A DNA stretch of 32,000 nt from Gynuella sp. (GTDB lineage: Bacteria; Pseudomonadota; Gammaproteobacteria; Pseudomonadales; Natronospirillaceae), in the NCBI GenBank assembly GCA_028282465.1, contig JANQHX010000030.1:16191-48190 (forward strand), given 5' to 3'. The position numbers and the translations under genes were made by a program. The notes beneath the pieces are model-generated. The model did not search any database, was not told where the DNA came from, and was given only the letters and a program-made list of their open reading frames with translations. The first letter of the stretch is position 1. Each line of letters starts with the position of its first letter. This document shows positions 9,791-17,980 of this stretch, piece after piece.

Positions 9791-9942
9791 TTTATTCCAG
9801 TTCATCAATAACGGCTTCCACTGGAAGTCGTTAACCTTGCCTTAGCCGTTCTTCCCCCATTTTGATTCCTAATCCTCATTTTATATATCCCTATATTTTA
9901 AAAGCTTTCTTGCTTATTCCATTTTTGTTGTAAATAAGAGTA

Positions 9943-10015
9943 ATTATCATTTGAGAATATCAGAGATTTCTGTACTATTGCGTTGAGAATTAATCTCATT
10001 TGCGAATAATTCCGA
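9943..10015. promoter_or_regulatory. Cluster of Fur-like operators upstream of bfd
   Basis: ATTATCATT (9943-9951), TGAGAATTAATCTCATT (9984-10000) and TGCGAATAATTCCGA (10001-10015). Confidence 0.55.
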
Positions 10016-10105
10016 GTAACGCGATCAAGTATTCGGAAATTAGGTATTCGAGAGATCAAGCAATCAAGTGGTCAAGAAACTAAATAGTTAAGATAGGTAG
10101 TAGAA

Positions 10106-10306
10106 ATGTACGTTTGTCTTTGTAGAGGTATAACTGATAGCCAGATAAAGCAGGCTGTTGCTGAGGGGGCGGAGAATACTCGTGAGGTAAGTGATATGTT
10201 GGGTACCGCAAAGCAGTGTGGCAAATGCGGGATGGTGACTCGCCAAATCATCCAAAAAGAACTCAACACAAAATCATCACTGTCAGATCAGTTTTACTCA
10301 GCCTAG
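10106..10306 (+). CDS. bfd: Bacterioferritin-associated [2Fe-2S] ferredoxin
   Basis: MYVCLCRGITDSQIKQAV...GTAKQCGKCGMVTRQII: the CxC...CxxC Bfd cluster motif. Confidence 0.93.
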   Translation: MYVCLCRGITDSQIKQAVAEGAENTREVSDMLGTAKQCGKCGMVTRQIIQKELNTKSSLSDQFYSA

Positions 10307-10348
10307 TTGGCATCTTACCCATCACTAAAAAGTACCCTCTAGTGAGTG

Positions 10349-10375
10349 ACAAGCTGTGAAAAATAAGCAGCTTGT
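10349..10375 (+). terminator. Probable terminator downstream of bfd
   Basis: ACAAGCTG(10349-10356)...CAGCTTGT(10368-10375), extendable with a bulge; a short TTT then AAATTTTTT lies downstream. Confidence 0.5.
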
Positions 10376-10555
10376 TTGACTCTAAATTTTTTAATTCCAA
10401 GTGTTTCCCAAATCCTCTCGTTTTGCTTTTCTAATCTCATTAAATAAAAACTTTTCGGGACAAGAAATCATTAAAAAACTTCAAAGACAACCAAGTGTTA
10501 ACTCCTGGTTTTTCATTTCGCTGTAAAGCGGCAACAAATTTCCCCAGGCTAAAGC

Positions 10556-10570
10556 TGGCCTTCAATTTGC
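10556..10570 (+). promoter_or_regulatory. Putative sigma54 (RpoN) promoter of the flagellar/chemotaxis cluster
   Basis: TGGC-CTTCAAT-TTGC matches TGGC-N7-TTGC exactly, about 90 bp upstream of the fliE start. Confidence 0.8.
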
Positions 10571-10658
10571 TCAAGTCAAAATATCTAAAGAATTAACGGC
10601 GCATTAGACAATTTTTTGTCGCAACGAAATTTTGTGTCAACCGATTGGAGCAGTATTG

Positions 10659-11057
10659 ATGGATACAGGCAGAGTCGATATTAATCATGTTCTCATGCAA
10701 ATGAGAGCCATTAAAGAGCAGATGAATACTGCGAATTCGCAAGCGGTAAACCCTAATTCCAATGTTGAACAAATTCAAAAACCGGAAAACATAGGTAACC
10801 TTGATAAAGTTTCTGCGGTTGATGAAAACGAACCACCTGGGTTTGGTGAAATGTTTAAAGCGGCAATTGATACGGTAAACGCAAACCAAAAACATGCCGG
10901 CAATTTGGCACAGCGTTATGAAACTGGCGACGCCAGTGTTGATTTACCAGAAGTTATGATTGCGTTGCAGAAATCCAGTGTTTCTTTTCAGGCCATGACT
11001 CAAGTGAGAAATAAAATGGTCGAAGCTTACAAAGAAATAATGAATATGCCGCTGTAG
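10659..11057 (+). CDS. fliE: Flagellar hook-basal body complex protein FliE
   Basis: FGEMFKAAIDTVNANQKHAGNLAQRYETGDASVDLPEVMIALQKSSVSFQAMTQVRNKMVEAYKEIMNMPL. ATG at 10659 follows TTGGAG and is preferred over the track start at 10632. Confidence 0.95.
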   Translation: MDTGRVDINHVLMQMRAIKEQMNTANSQAVNPNSNVEQIQKPENIGNLDKVSAVDENEPPGFGEMFKAAIDTVNANQKHAGNLAQRYETGDASVDLPEVMIALQKSSVSFQAMTQVRNKMVEAYKEIMNMPL

Positions 11058-11068
11058 GGAATTTCTAA

Positions 11069-12841
11069 ATGACAACTAATGTTCCAGCGGCTCCAAGTGG
11101 TTCTCAGCCACCCTCTAATAATCAGTCTCAATCAGAGTCTTTACCCGCTGAAGAAAACAGAATTAATGAAGACGGTTCTTCAGTTTTAGGGCCACGAGTT
11201 GAAGAGGGTCGGGAAGCCGAAAAGAAACTGCATCCTTTAGTTGCTGGGTTTTCAAAACTACCCATGGTTCGGCAAATAGGGTTAATGATTGGATTGGCCG
11301 CATCTATCGCATTGGGTTTGGCGGTTGTGCTCTGGTCAACGGAAGAAACCTACCGCCCATTGATGAACAGTAACAATACTTATGATGCCCGCGAAGTGAT
11401 TGATGTATTGCAGCTGCAAGGCATTACTTTCGATATTGATCCTGTCAGCGGACTAATTCTGGTAAAAGAAAGTGATCTACACAAAGCGCGCTTAGCCATT
11501 GCTGGAGCCGGTCTTTCAGACGACAAAACGATTGGTTTTGAATTGCTGGATCAAGACCAGGGTTTGGGCACTAGTCAGTTTATGGAAACCACAAGATACC
11601 GTCGAGGTTTGGAAGGTGAATTAGCCAGAACCATTGCCAGCATGAATCAAGTTAAGTCAGCCCGTGTGCATCTGGCTATACCACGACAAAGCGTATTTGT
11701 TAGAGACAACAGAGAAGCAACGGCTTCAGTTTTCTTAGAAATGTATTCCGGCACTACTTTAGAAAAAGAACAAGCCAAAGCCATTACCAATTTAGTGGCT
11801 ACCAGTGTTCCTGATCTAAATGCAGAAATGGTTACCATCGTTGATCAAAAAGGTAGGTTGCTTAGTAATTTTGATGAAGACCCAGAAGCCACTCAAACGG
11901 AAAAACAATTCGAATACACACAAAAAGTCGAAGACTCAGTTATTCGCAGAATCAACTCAATACTGGAACCTGTCATTGGTCAGGATGCCTTTAGAGCTGA
12001 AGTTGCAGCCGATGTCGATTTTACCCGCTTAGAGCAAACCGAAGAGTTATTTAATCCTGATCTCATTGCACTGCGAAGTGAGCAAACTATTTCTGAAGAA
12101 AAAACCGGTGAGTTTCAAGGTGGTATTCCAGGAGCTCTCACTAATCAACCTCCAGGGAATGCCGCAGCACCTGAAGAAGTAGACGAAAACGGAAACCCCG
12201 TTGATGCAAAACCCACCTCAAAAAGAGACGAAGCCACTCGCAACTATGAAGTAGATCGTACATTAAGTTACACACAGCACCAGCAAGGTCGTTTACGTAG
12301 GCTGACCGTTGCCGTAGTTGTAGATGACATGAAAACTGTTACTGAGAATGGTGAAGTAACCAAAGAGCCTTGGTCGCAAGAAGAGTTAGATCGTATTCGA
12401 ATTCTTGTACAAGACGCCGTGGGTTACGACGCTAGTCGTGGCGACAGTGTGAATGTAATTAACTCACCATTTATGGCACCAGATGCTAACTTAGAAGAAA
12501 TCACTTTCTGGAATCAACCTTGGTTCTGGGACGTGATGAAACAAGTATTAGCAGGTTTATTTGTATTAATACTTATCTTTGGAGTGTTCCGCCCAGCTAT
12601 TAAGAATTTGATTTCTCAAGGCGAAGAAGATCAGGAAGATGAGGAAGGTATTGATTCATTGACCATTGATGAAGAAGCGATTTCAGATGACAAGGTAACA
12701 CTTAGTGGCGCCGACGAGTATCTATTGCCTGGGCCGTCAGAAGGGTTTGAACGTCAACTGGATGCACTGCGCGGGTTAATTGCTGAAGACCCTGGCAAAG
12801 TAGCAATGGTATTACGCAACTGGATTATGGCAGATGACTGA
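11069..12841 (+). CDS. fliF: Flagellar MS-ring protein FliF
   Basis: EETYRPLMNSNNTYDAREVIDVLQLQGITFDID, ARVHLAIPRQSVFVRD, NYEVDRTLSYTQHQQGRLRRLTVAVVVDD; C-terminal FliG-binding segment. Confidence 0.96.
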   Translation: MTTNVPAAPSGSQPPSNNQSQSESLPAEENRINEDGSSVLGPRVEEGREAEKKLHPLVAGFSKLPMVRQIGLMIGLAASIALGLAVVLWSTEETYRPLMNSNNTYDAREVIDVLQLQGITFDIDPVSGLILVKESDLHKARLAIAGAGLSDDKTIGFELLDQDQGLGTSQFMETTRYRRGLEGELARTIASMNQVKSARVHLAIPRQSVFVRDNREATASVFLEMYSGTTLEKEQAKAITNLVATSVPDLNAEMVTIVDQKGRLLSNFDEDPEATQTEKQFEYTQKVEDSVIRRINSILEPVIGQDAFRAEVAADVDFTRLEQTEELFNPDLIALRSEQTISEEKTGEFQGGIPGALTNQPPGNAAAPEEVDENGNPVDAKPTSKRDEATRNYEVDRTLSYTQHQQGRLRRLTVAVVVDDMKTVTENGEVTKEPWSQEELDRIRILVQDAVGYDASRGDSVNVINSPFMAPDANLEEITFWNQPWFWDVMKQVLAGLFVLILIFGVFRPAIKNLISQGEEDQEDEEGIDSLTIDEEAISDDKVTLSGADEYLLPGPSEGFERQLDALRGLIAEDPGKVAMVLRNWIMADD

Positions 12842-13895
12842 ACAACTACCGTTAAAAACCGCTGAAGCAATTCAAGCTACTCAAGATGCTGAAAAAGTTC
12901 TTGATGGCGTTCGAAAATTAGATCGAGCAGGCATTTTATTAATGTCCGTCGGTGAGTCCGACGCAGCAGAAGTGTTGAAACATTTAGGGCCGAAAGAGGT
13001 TCAACGGGTAGGTACTGCCATGTCAGTGCTTCATGAAGTATCTCAGGAACAAGTTGAAGGCGTGGTCCAATTATTTCTAGATGAGCTGGGTGGCAAAACC
13101 AGTTTGGGAATTGGTGCCGACGAATACATTCGCAACATGTTGACCCAGGCCTTGGGTGCTGACAAAGCTGGAGGTTTGATTGACCGAATTCTATTGGGCG
13201 GCAATACCACGGGATTGGATACGCTTAAATGGATGGAACCCAGAGCCGTTGCCGACTTAATTCGTAACGAACACCCACAGATTCAAGCCATTGTCATTGC
13301 TTATCTTGATCCTGATTTGTCTTCAGAAATCTTGACCTATTTTGCAGAAAAAGTTCGATTAGACATCGTTATGCGGGTTGCTGCGCTAGACTCAGTACAG
13401 CCTTCGGCATTGCATGAGTTGAACAATATTTTGGAAAAACAATTTGCATCCAATGCGGGTTCACAACAACAGTCATTGGGTGGTGTGAAACGAGCAGCAG
13501 AAATAATGAACTTCCTCGAGTCCAGTGTTGAAGCTGAAATTATGGATGGCATTAAAGAAGTCGACGAAGATCTAGGCAATGAAATTGCCGATCTAATGTT
13601 TGTTTTCGACAATCTTCAAGATGTCGACGACCGAGGCATTCAAGCCCTGCTTAGAGAAGTATCGACCGACATGCTTAAGGTAGCACTTCGTGGTGCTGAT
13701 GATGGGTTGGCAGAAAAAATTCTTGGCAATATGTCGAAACGTGCTGCGGAATTGTTGCGAGACGATATGGAAGCTATGGGACCTGTACGTTTGTCTGATG
13801 TTGAAAGTGCACAGAAAGAAATTCTCACTGTGGCCAGACGAATGGCTGATGCAGGTGAAATTGCTCTGGGCGGTTCCGGCGAAGCCATGCTCTAG
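12834..13895 (+). CDS. fliG: Flagellar motor switch protein FliG
   Basis: ILLMSVGESDAAEVLKHLGPKEVQRVG, NEHPQIQAIVIAYLDPDLS, FVFDNLQDVDDRGIQALLREV. Overlaps fliF by 8 nt. Confidence 0.96.
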   Translation: MTEQLPLKTAEAIQATQDAEKVLDGVRKLDRAGILLMSVGESDAAEVLKHLGPKEVQRVGTAMSVLHEVSQEQVEGVVQLFLDELGGKTSLGIGADEYIRNMLTQALGADKAGGLIDRILLGGNTTGLDTLKWMEPRAVADLIRNEHPQIQAIVIAYLDPDLSSEILTYFAEKVRLDIVMRVAALDSVQPSALHELNNILEKQFASNAGSQQQSLGGVKRAAEIMNFLESSVEAEIMDGIKEVDEDLGNEIADLMFVFDNLQDVDDRGIQALLREVSTDMLKVALRGADDGLAEKILGNMSKRAAELLRDDMEAMGPVRLSDVESAQKEILTVARRMADAGEIALGGSGEAML

Positions 13896-13953
13896 ACATG
13901 ATAATTCGGTTTGTATTTTAAACTTGAAAAAGCAGTCAATGGTTTAGTAATTA

Positions 13954-15174
13954 ATGCGCGAAACTCTGTTAAAAAATCAGCGGGCAAGGGGCTCGGATCT
14001 CCATCACCAAATTGAGCGATGGTCTTATCCAAAATGGGATAGATCTGGTCATGTCATTGAACAAGAACCTGAGCCAGAAGAACAAAAACTTGATACTCAA
14101 GAACAAGAAGAAACACCGAAAATAGAGTTACCTACAGCTGCGGAGCTGCAGCAAATTAGAGATGATGCTTATCAGGAAGGTTATGCATCTGGCGTTGCAA
14201 GAGGGCAAGAAGAAGGTCGACAACAGGGCATTCCTTTGGGAAAAAAGGAAGGTCATGAACTGGGCCAACAAGAGGGTTACGAGGCGGGTAAAAAGCTTGG
14301 TCATGATGAAGCCTATAAAGACGCAGAAAAAGAACTCAGCCTTCAGCAACAAGTGCTGACCCAAACACTTACCCAATTAAAAACTTTCAGCCAGTCACAG
14401 GAACAACACATGGAGCAGGCCATGGTTTCCATGGTCATCCAAATATGTCAGAACCTGTTGTTGAAAGAATTAGATAAAGACCCTGAATTGATTCAGTCAA
14501 TTGTTAAAAAAGTAATTCAATCACTACCTGAAAACCCCAAGAACATTCAAATAAGAGTACACCCAGATCAAGTTGAAGCCGTTCAGAAAGCTGCTCAGCA
14601 GAGTGATGAATCTTGGGTGGTATCTGCCGATGAAAATCTGTTGCCAGGTGGCTGTGCGGTGACCACATCTCAAAGTCAAGTTGACTACACTCTGGAGCAT
14701 AGGTTTCGTCAACAGATTTCAGCACTATTGGCCGAAACAGATCTGAGTGAAGAGGTCATAAACCATTTAATTGAACCTTTACCCGAACAACCTGAAGGGC
14801 CGGTAATGCCCGGTGAAGATTCCGAGCAGTTGGAATCAGTTCAGGCAGATATTTCTTCAGAGCTCGATGAGATAAACCAATTAATGGAAAACTCTGCAGA
14901 ACCATCAGGATTCAAAAGTGATGATCAACCCGCAATTGCAGATGATATTGACGAAGACGAACCTCAAGACAGTCTAGAAGAATTGCAAGCGTTAGATTCC
15001 GAATTAGATCGCTATGCGCAACGTGAAGAAACCATTGACCCTGAGTTGGAAAAACTCATGGCTCAAATACCAGGGGAACAAGATCCTCTAGAGCCAACTG
15101 ATGAGTTAGAAAATCAAACTCCAATGGAAAATGAGGCTGAACCTACATCTACGGAATCAGATTCTGATGAGTGA
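13954..15174 (+). CDS. fliH: Flagellar assembly protein FliH with long acidic C-terminal extension
   Basis: Located between fliG and fliI. GxxxG-type repeat ([42 protein letters not shown]), then [24 protein letters not shown] and [11 protein letters not shown]. Confidence 0.9.
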   Translation: MRETLLKNQRARGSDLHHQIERWSYPKWDRSGHVIEQEPEPEEQKLDTQEQEETPKIELPTAAELQQIRDDAYQEGYASGVARGQEEGRQQGIPLGKKEGHELGQQEGYEAGKKLGHDEAYKDAEKELSLQQQVLTQTLTQLKTFSQSQEQHMEQAMVSMVIQICQNLLLKELDKDPELIQSIVKKVIQSLPENPKNIQIRVHPDQVEAVQKAAQQSDESWVVSADENLLPGGCAVTTSQSQVDYTLEHRFRQQISALLAETDLSEEVINHLIEPLPEQPEGPVMPGEDSEQLESVQADISSELDEINQLMENSAEPSGFKSDDQPAIADDIDEDEPQDSLEELQALDSELDRYAQREETIDPELEKLMAQIPGEQDPLEPTDELENQTPMENEAEPTSTESDSDE

Positions 15175-16747
15175 AACAATGGCTAACCCAGAAGTGGAAC
15201 AGTTAGCTGATCAAGGGGAGCCATCGAACCATGAATCAGAAAACAGGTTGAGCCTTCCTAATGAAGAAGAACTCACGGCAAGATTTCAAAAACTCAGCCA
15301 ATTAATTCCCCCAGATAATCCAGTTATTGTATCCGGTCGTCTGACCCGCATGGTTGGCCTCACGCTCGAAGCCACAGGCTGCAACGTTTCGGTAGGTGAG
15401 CGCTGTCTGGTAGAAGATGGCAATGAAACCGCTGAAGCCGAAGTTGTGGGTTTTCAGGATGATCGAATTTTTTTATTGCCAGTTACTCCTATTCATGGGC
15501 TCAAAGCGGGCGCTAGAGTGACACCAGTGGAAAATGCCAGCCAGTTGGTGATTGGGGAAGAATTACTGGGCCGGGTAGTGAATGGCTTTGGTGAGCCTAT
15601 CGACGGTAAAGGTGCTCTACACTGTCGGGTGCAAAAATCTTTAAGTGCCGACATTATTAATCCATTGCATCGAAAACCCATACGTGAACCACTGGATGTA
15701 GGCATTCGTGCAATTAATGCTTTGTTAACTGTCGGTCGAGGCCAACGCTTAGGTTTGTTTGCTGGATCTGGTGTTGGTAAATCTATGCTGTTAGGCATGA
15801 TGACCAGATTCACCACTGCAGATGTTATTGTCGTAGGGTTAATTGGTGAACGTGGCCGAGAAGTTAAAGAGTTTATCGAAGATATTTTAGGTGAGGAAGG
15901 GCTTCGCCGTTCTGTGGTCGTGGCGGCGCCTGCAGACGACTCTCAATTAATTCGTTTGCGAGCAGCCCAATACAGCACTGCTATTGCTGAATATTTCAGA
16001 GAGCAAGGCAAGAATGTTTTATTACTAATGGACTCATTGACACGCTTTGCTCAAGCTCAACGGGAAATTGCATTAGCCACTGGTGAGCCTCCAGCCACCA
16101 AAGGTTATCCACCTAGTGTATTTGCAAAAATTCCTCAGTTAGTTGAACGAGCCGGTAATGCCGCCGAAGGGGGGGGTTCTATTACGGCTTTTTATACAGT
16201 TTTAACCGAAGGCGATGACCAACAAGATCCGGTGGCAGATGCTTGTCGAGCCATTCTTGATGGGCACGTGGTGTTGTCTCGTCGACTGGCAGAAGAAGGT
16301 CATTATCCCGCTATTGATATTGAAGCTTCCATTAGTCGGGCCATGCCCCAAGTCGTGCAACCAGAGCATTTGCAAGTCGCCCAACAATTTAAACTCCTTT
16401 ATTCAAAATATCAGCAAAACAAAGATTTAATTACTATTGGTGCTTATACACCGGGCTCAGATCCAGAGCTTGATTTGGCCATAGATAGACTACCTCAAAT
16501 GCAAAAAATGCTAAGGCAAGGTCTGAAAGAAGAAGTGCATTTTGACCATGCCATGCAAGCGCTTGCAAAGGTTTTTGTGCCAGATGGGCAAGCTCCAGCC
16601 AAAACCCCAGCGGATGCTGAACCAAATCCTCAAACCAAAGAAATGCCTCAGGGCATTAAACCCGGTGCCAGACCAAAGCCTAAAGCCAGACCGAAACCCA
16701 AGGGGCGACCTCGGGTAGCAGCAAAGCAAAATACTAATAATGGTTAA
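15167..16747 (+). CDS. fliI: Flagellum-specific ATPase FliI
   Basis: Walker [18 protein letters not shown], Walker [41 protein letters not shown] at 15167 (8-nt overlap with fliH) preferred over the track start at 15131. The Lys/Arg/Pro-rich C-terminal tail is unusual. Confidence 0.96.
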   Translation: MSETMANPEVEQLADQGEPSNHESENRLSLPNEEELTARFQKLSQLIPPDNPVIVSGRLTRMVGLTLEATGCNVSVGERCLVEDGNETAEAEVVGFQDDRIFLLPVTPIHGLKAGARVTPVENASQLVIGEELLGRVVNGFGEPIDGKGALHCRVQKSLSADIINPLHRKPIREPLDVGIRAINALLTVGRGQRLGLFAGSGVGKSMLLGMMTRFTTADVIVVGLIGERGREVKEFIEDILGEEGLRRSVVVAAPADDSQLIRLRAAQYSTAIAEYFREQGKNVLLLMDSLTRFAQAQREIALATGEPPATKGYPPSVFAKIPQLVERAGNAAEGGGSITAFYTVLTEGDDQQDPVADACRAILDGHVVLSRRLAEEGHYPAIDIEASISRAMPQVVQPEHLQVAQQFKLLYSKYQQNKDLITIGAYTPGSDPELDLAIDRLPQMQKMLRQGLKEEVHFDHAMQALAKVFVPDGQAPAKTPADAEPNPQTKEMPQGIKPGARPKPKARPKPKGRPRVAAKQNTNNG

Positions 16748-16750
16748 TCC

Positions 16751-17194
16751 ATGAAACGATCAGATCGAATGGCGCTGGTGGAAAAACTAATTGCTAGTCA
16801 AGAAGATAAAGCTGCCAGAGCCATGGGCATGGCTAAACAAAATTTATTGAATGAAGAAAAAAAACTAGCCGATTTAAAGTCCCATAAAAAAGACTACGAA
16901 GCGAATTTGCTGCGTCAGGGTCAATCAGGTATCTCAGGTCAACAATGGCAAAGTTTTCAATTTTTTATCAATCAATTAAGCCAAGTTATACAACAACAGC
17001 ATCAACAGGTAGGTGTAGCACATCACCAATTTGAAAACGTCAAGAAACAATGGCAAGCCGTTCATGCTAAGCGACAAAGTATTGGCAATTTGGTTGAAAG
17101 TGTCCGATTTCAAGAACACCTCGAACAAGAAAAGAAAGAGCAAAAAATGTTGGATGACTTAGTTCAACAGATGCAGTTGAGATCGAAATCTTAA
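16751..17194 (+). CDS. fliJ: Flagellar export protein FliJ
   Basis: 147-aa coiled-coil protein directly after fliI: MKRSDRMALVEKLIASQEDKAARAMG...LADLKSHKKDYEANL...QFFINQLSQVIQQQ. Confidence 0.88.
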   Translation: MKRSDRMALVEKLIASQEDKAARAMGMAKQNLLNEEKKLADLKSHKKDYEANLLRQGQSGISGQQWQSFQFFINQLSQVIQQQHQQVGVAHHQFENVKKQWQAVHAKRQSIGNLVESVRFQEHLEQEKKEQKMLDDLVQQMQLRSKS

Positions 17195-17280
17195 AGTCCT
17201 CCTTTAATTACCTATTCCTATTCTGGCAAGAGTGCCATCTCAGTCTACTATTAAAAATTATTACCATTAGGAAAGGCGTT

Positions 17281-17568
17281 ATGTCAGAGACATCTGAGAT
17301 CAGTTGTCCAAGTCTCTTCACCATTCAGAGCGTAGAAGAATTCAAAGCAGTACTGGATCCACATATAGCAGAACTAAAAGACCTAGTACTGGATGCTAGC
17401 AATGTTGAAAAGGTGGACTCCTGCGGTCTTCAGTTGCTGGTTGCTGCCAAAGATAAACTGCAACAAGGGGGGGCTTCGATGAAGATCCATTCTCCTAGCG
17501 AAGTTGTGTTGAAAATTTCAAGAATTTTAGGTCTCGAAAAAGACCTGGAAATAACTGCAAGTGCATAA
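17281..17568 (+). CDS. STAS-domain protein (anti-sigma-factor-antagonist type)
   Basis: LVLDASNVEKVDSCGLQLLVAAKDKL...LKISRILGLEKDLEI: STAS fold signature with Ser in VDSCG. Confidence 0.8.
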   Translation: MSETSEISCPSLFTIQSVEEFKAVLDPHIAELKDLVLDASNVEKVDSCGLQLLVAAKDKLQQGGASMKIHSPSEVVLKISRILGLEKDLEITASA

Positions 17569-17580
17569 TCGGAGATTCAA

Positions 17581-17943
17581 ATGAGTAGAATTTTGGCAGT
17601 TGATGATTCCGCCTCCATGCGACAAATGGTCTCATTCACATTGAAAGGAGCCGGATTTGATGTCACTGAAGCAGGAGACGGGCAAGAAGCATTAGAAATA
17701 GCGAAAAACAATGTATTCGATCTGGTTTTATCTGACGTCAATATGCCGGTGATGGACGGCATTACCCTGGTGAAAAACCTGAGAGAAATGTCCGATTACA
17801 AATACATTCCCATATTAATGCTAACGACTGAGTCATCTGGTAATAAAAAAATGGAAGGTAAAACTGCCGGCGCCACTGGTTGGATTGTCAAACCTTTTAA
17901 CCCTGATCAGCTTTTAAAAACCATCAATAAAGTTATGGGTTAA
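17581..17943 (+). CDS. cheY: CheY-like chemotaxis response regulator
   Basis: ILAVDDSASMRQMVSFTLKGAGFDV...LVLSDVNMPVMDG...ILMLTTES...GWIVKPFNPDQLL. Confidence 0.92.
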   Translation: MSRILAVDDSASMRQMVSFTLKGAGFDVTEAGDGQEALEIAKNNVFDLVLSDVNMPVMDGITLVKNLREMSDYKYIPILMLTTESSGNKKMEGKTAGATGWIVKPFNPDQLLKTINKVMG

Positions 17944-17980
17944 AACTGTTGGAGAAGTACCACCCAAGCGAGGGCAGCCA

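Noticed and set aside
13690-13947. 85-aa + ORF overlapping the 3' end of fliG
   Set aside because: Out of frame with conserved FliG; product is not protein-like and it is probably a frame shadow.
14128-14712. Several ORFs antisense or out of frame to fliH
   Set aside because: Arise from repetitive E/Q/G codons of FliH; no RBS or family signal.
15493-15816. 107-aa minus ORF opposite fliI
   Set aside because: Antisense to the conserved ATPase core.
17224-17237. Small hairpin TGGCA-AGAG-TGCCA between fliJ and the STAS gene, as a terminator
   Set aside because: Only 5 bp stem and no U-run; unlikely to split the operon.
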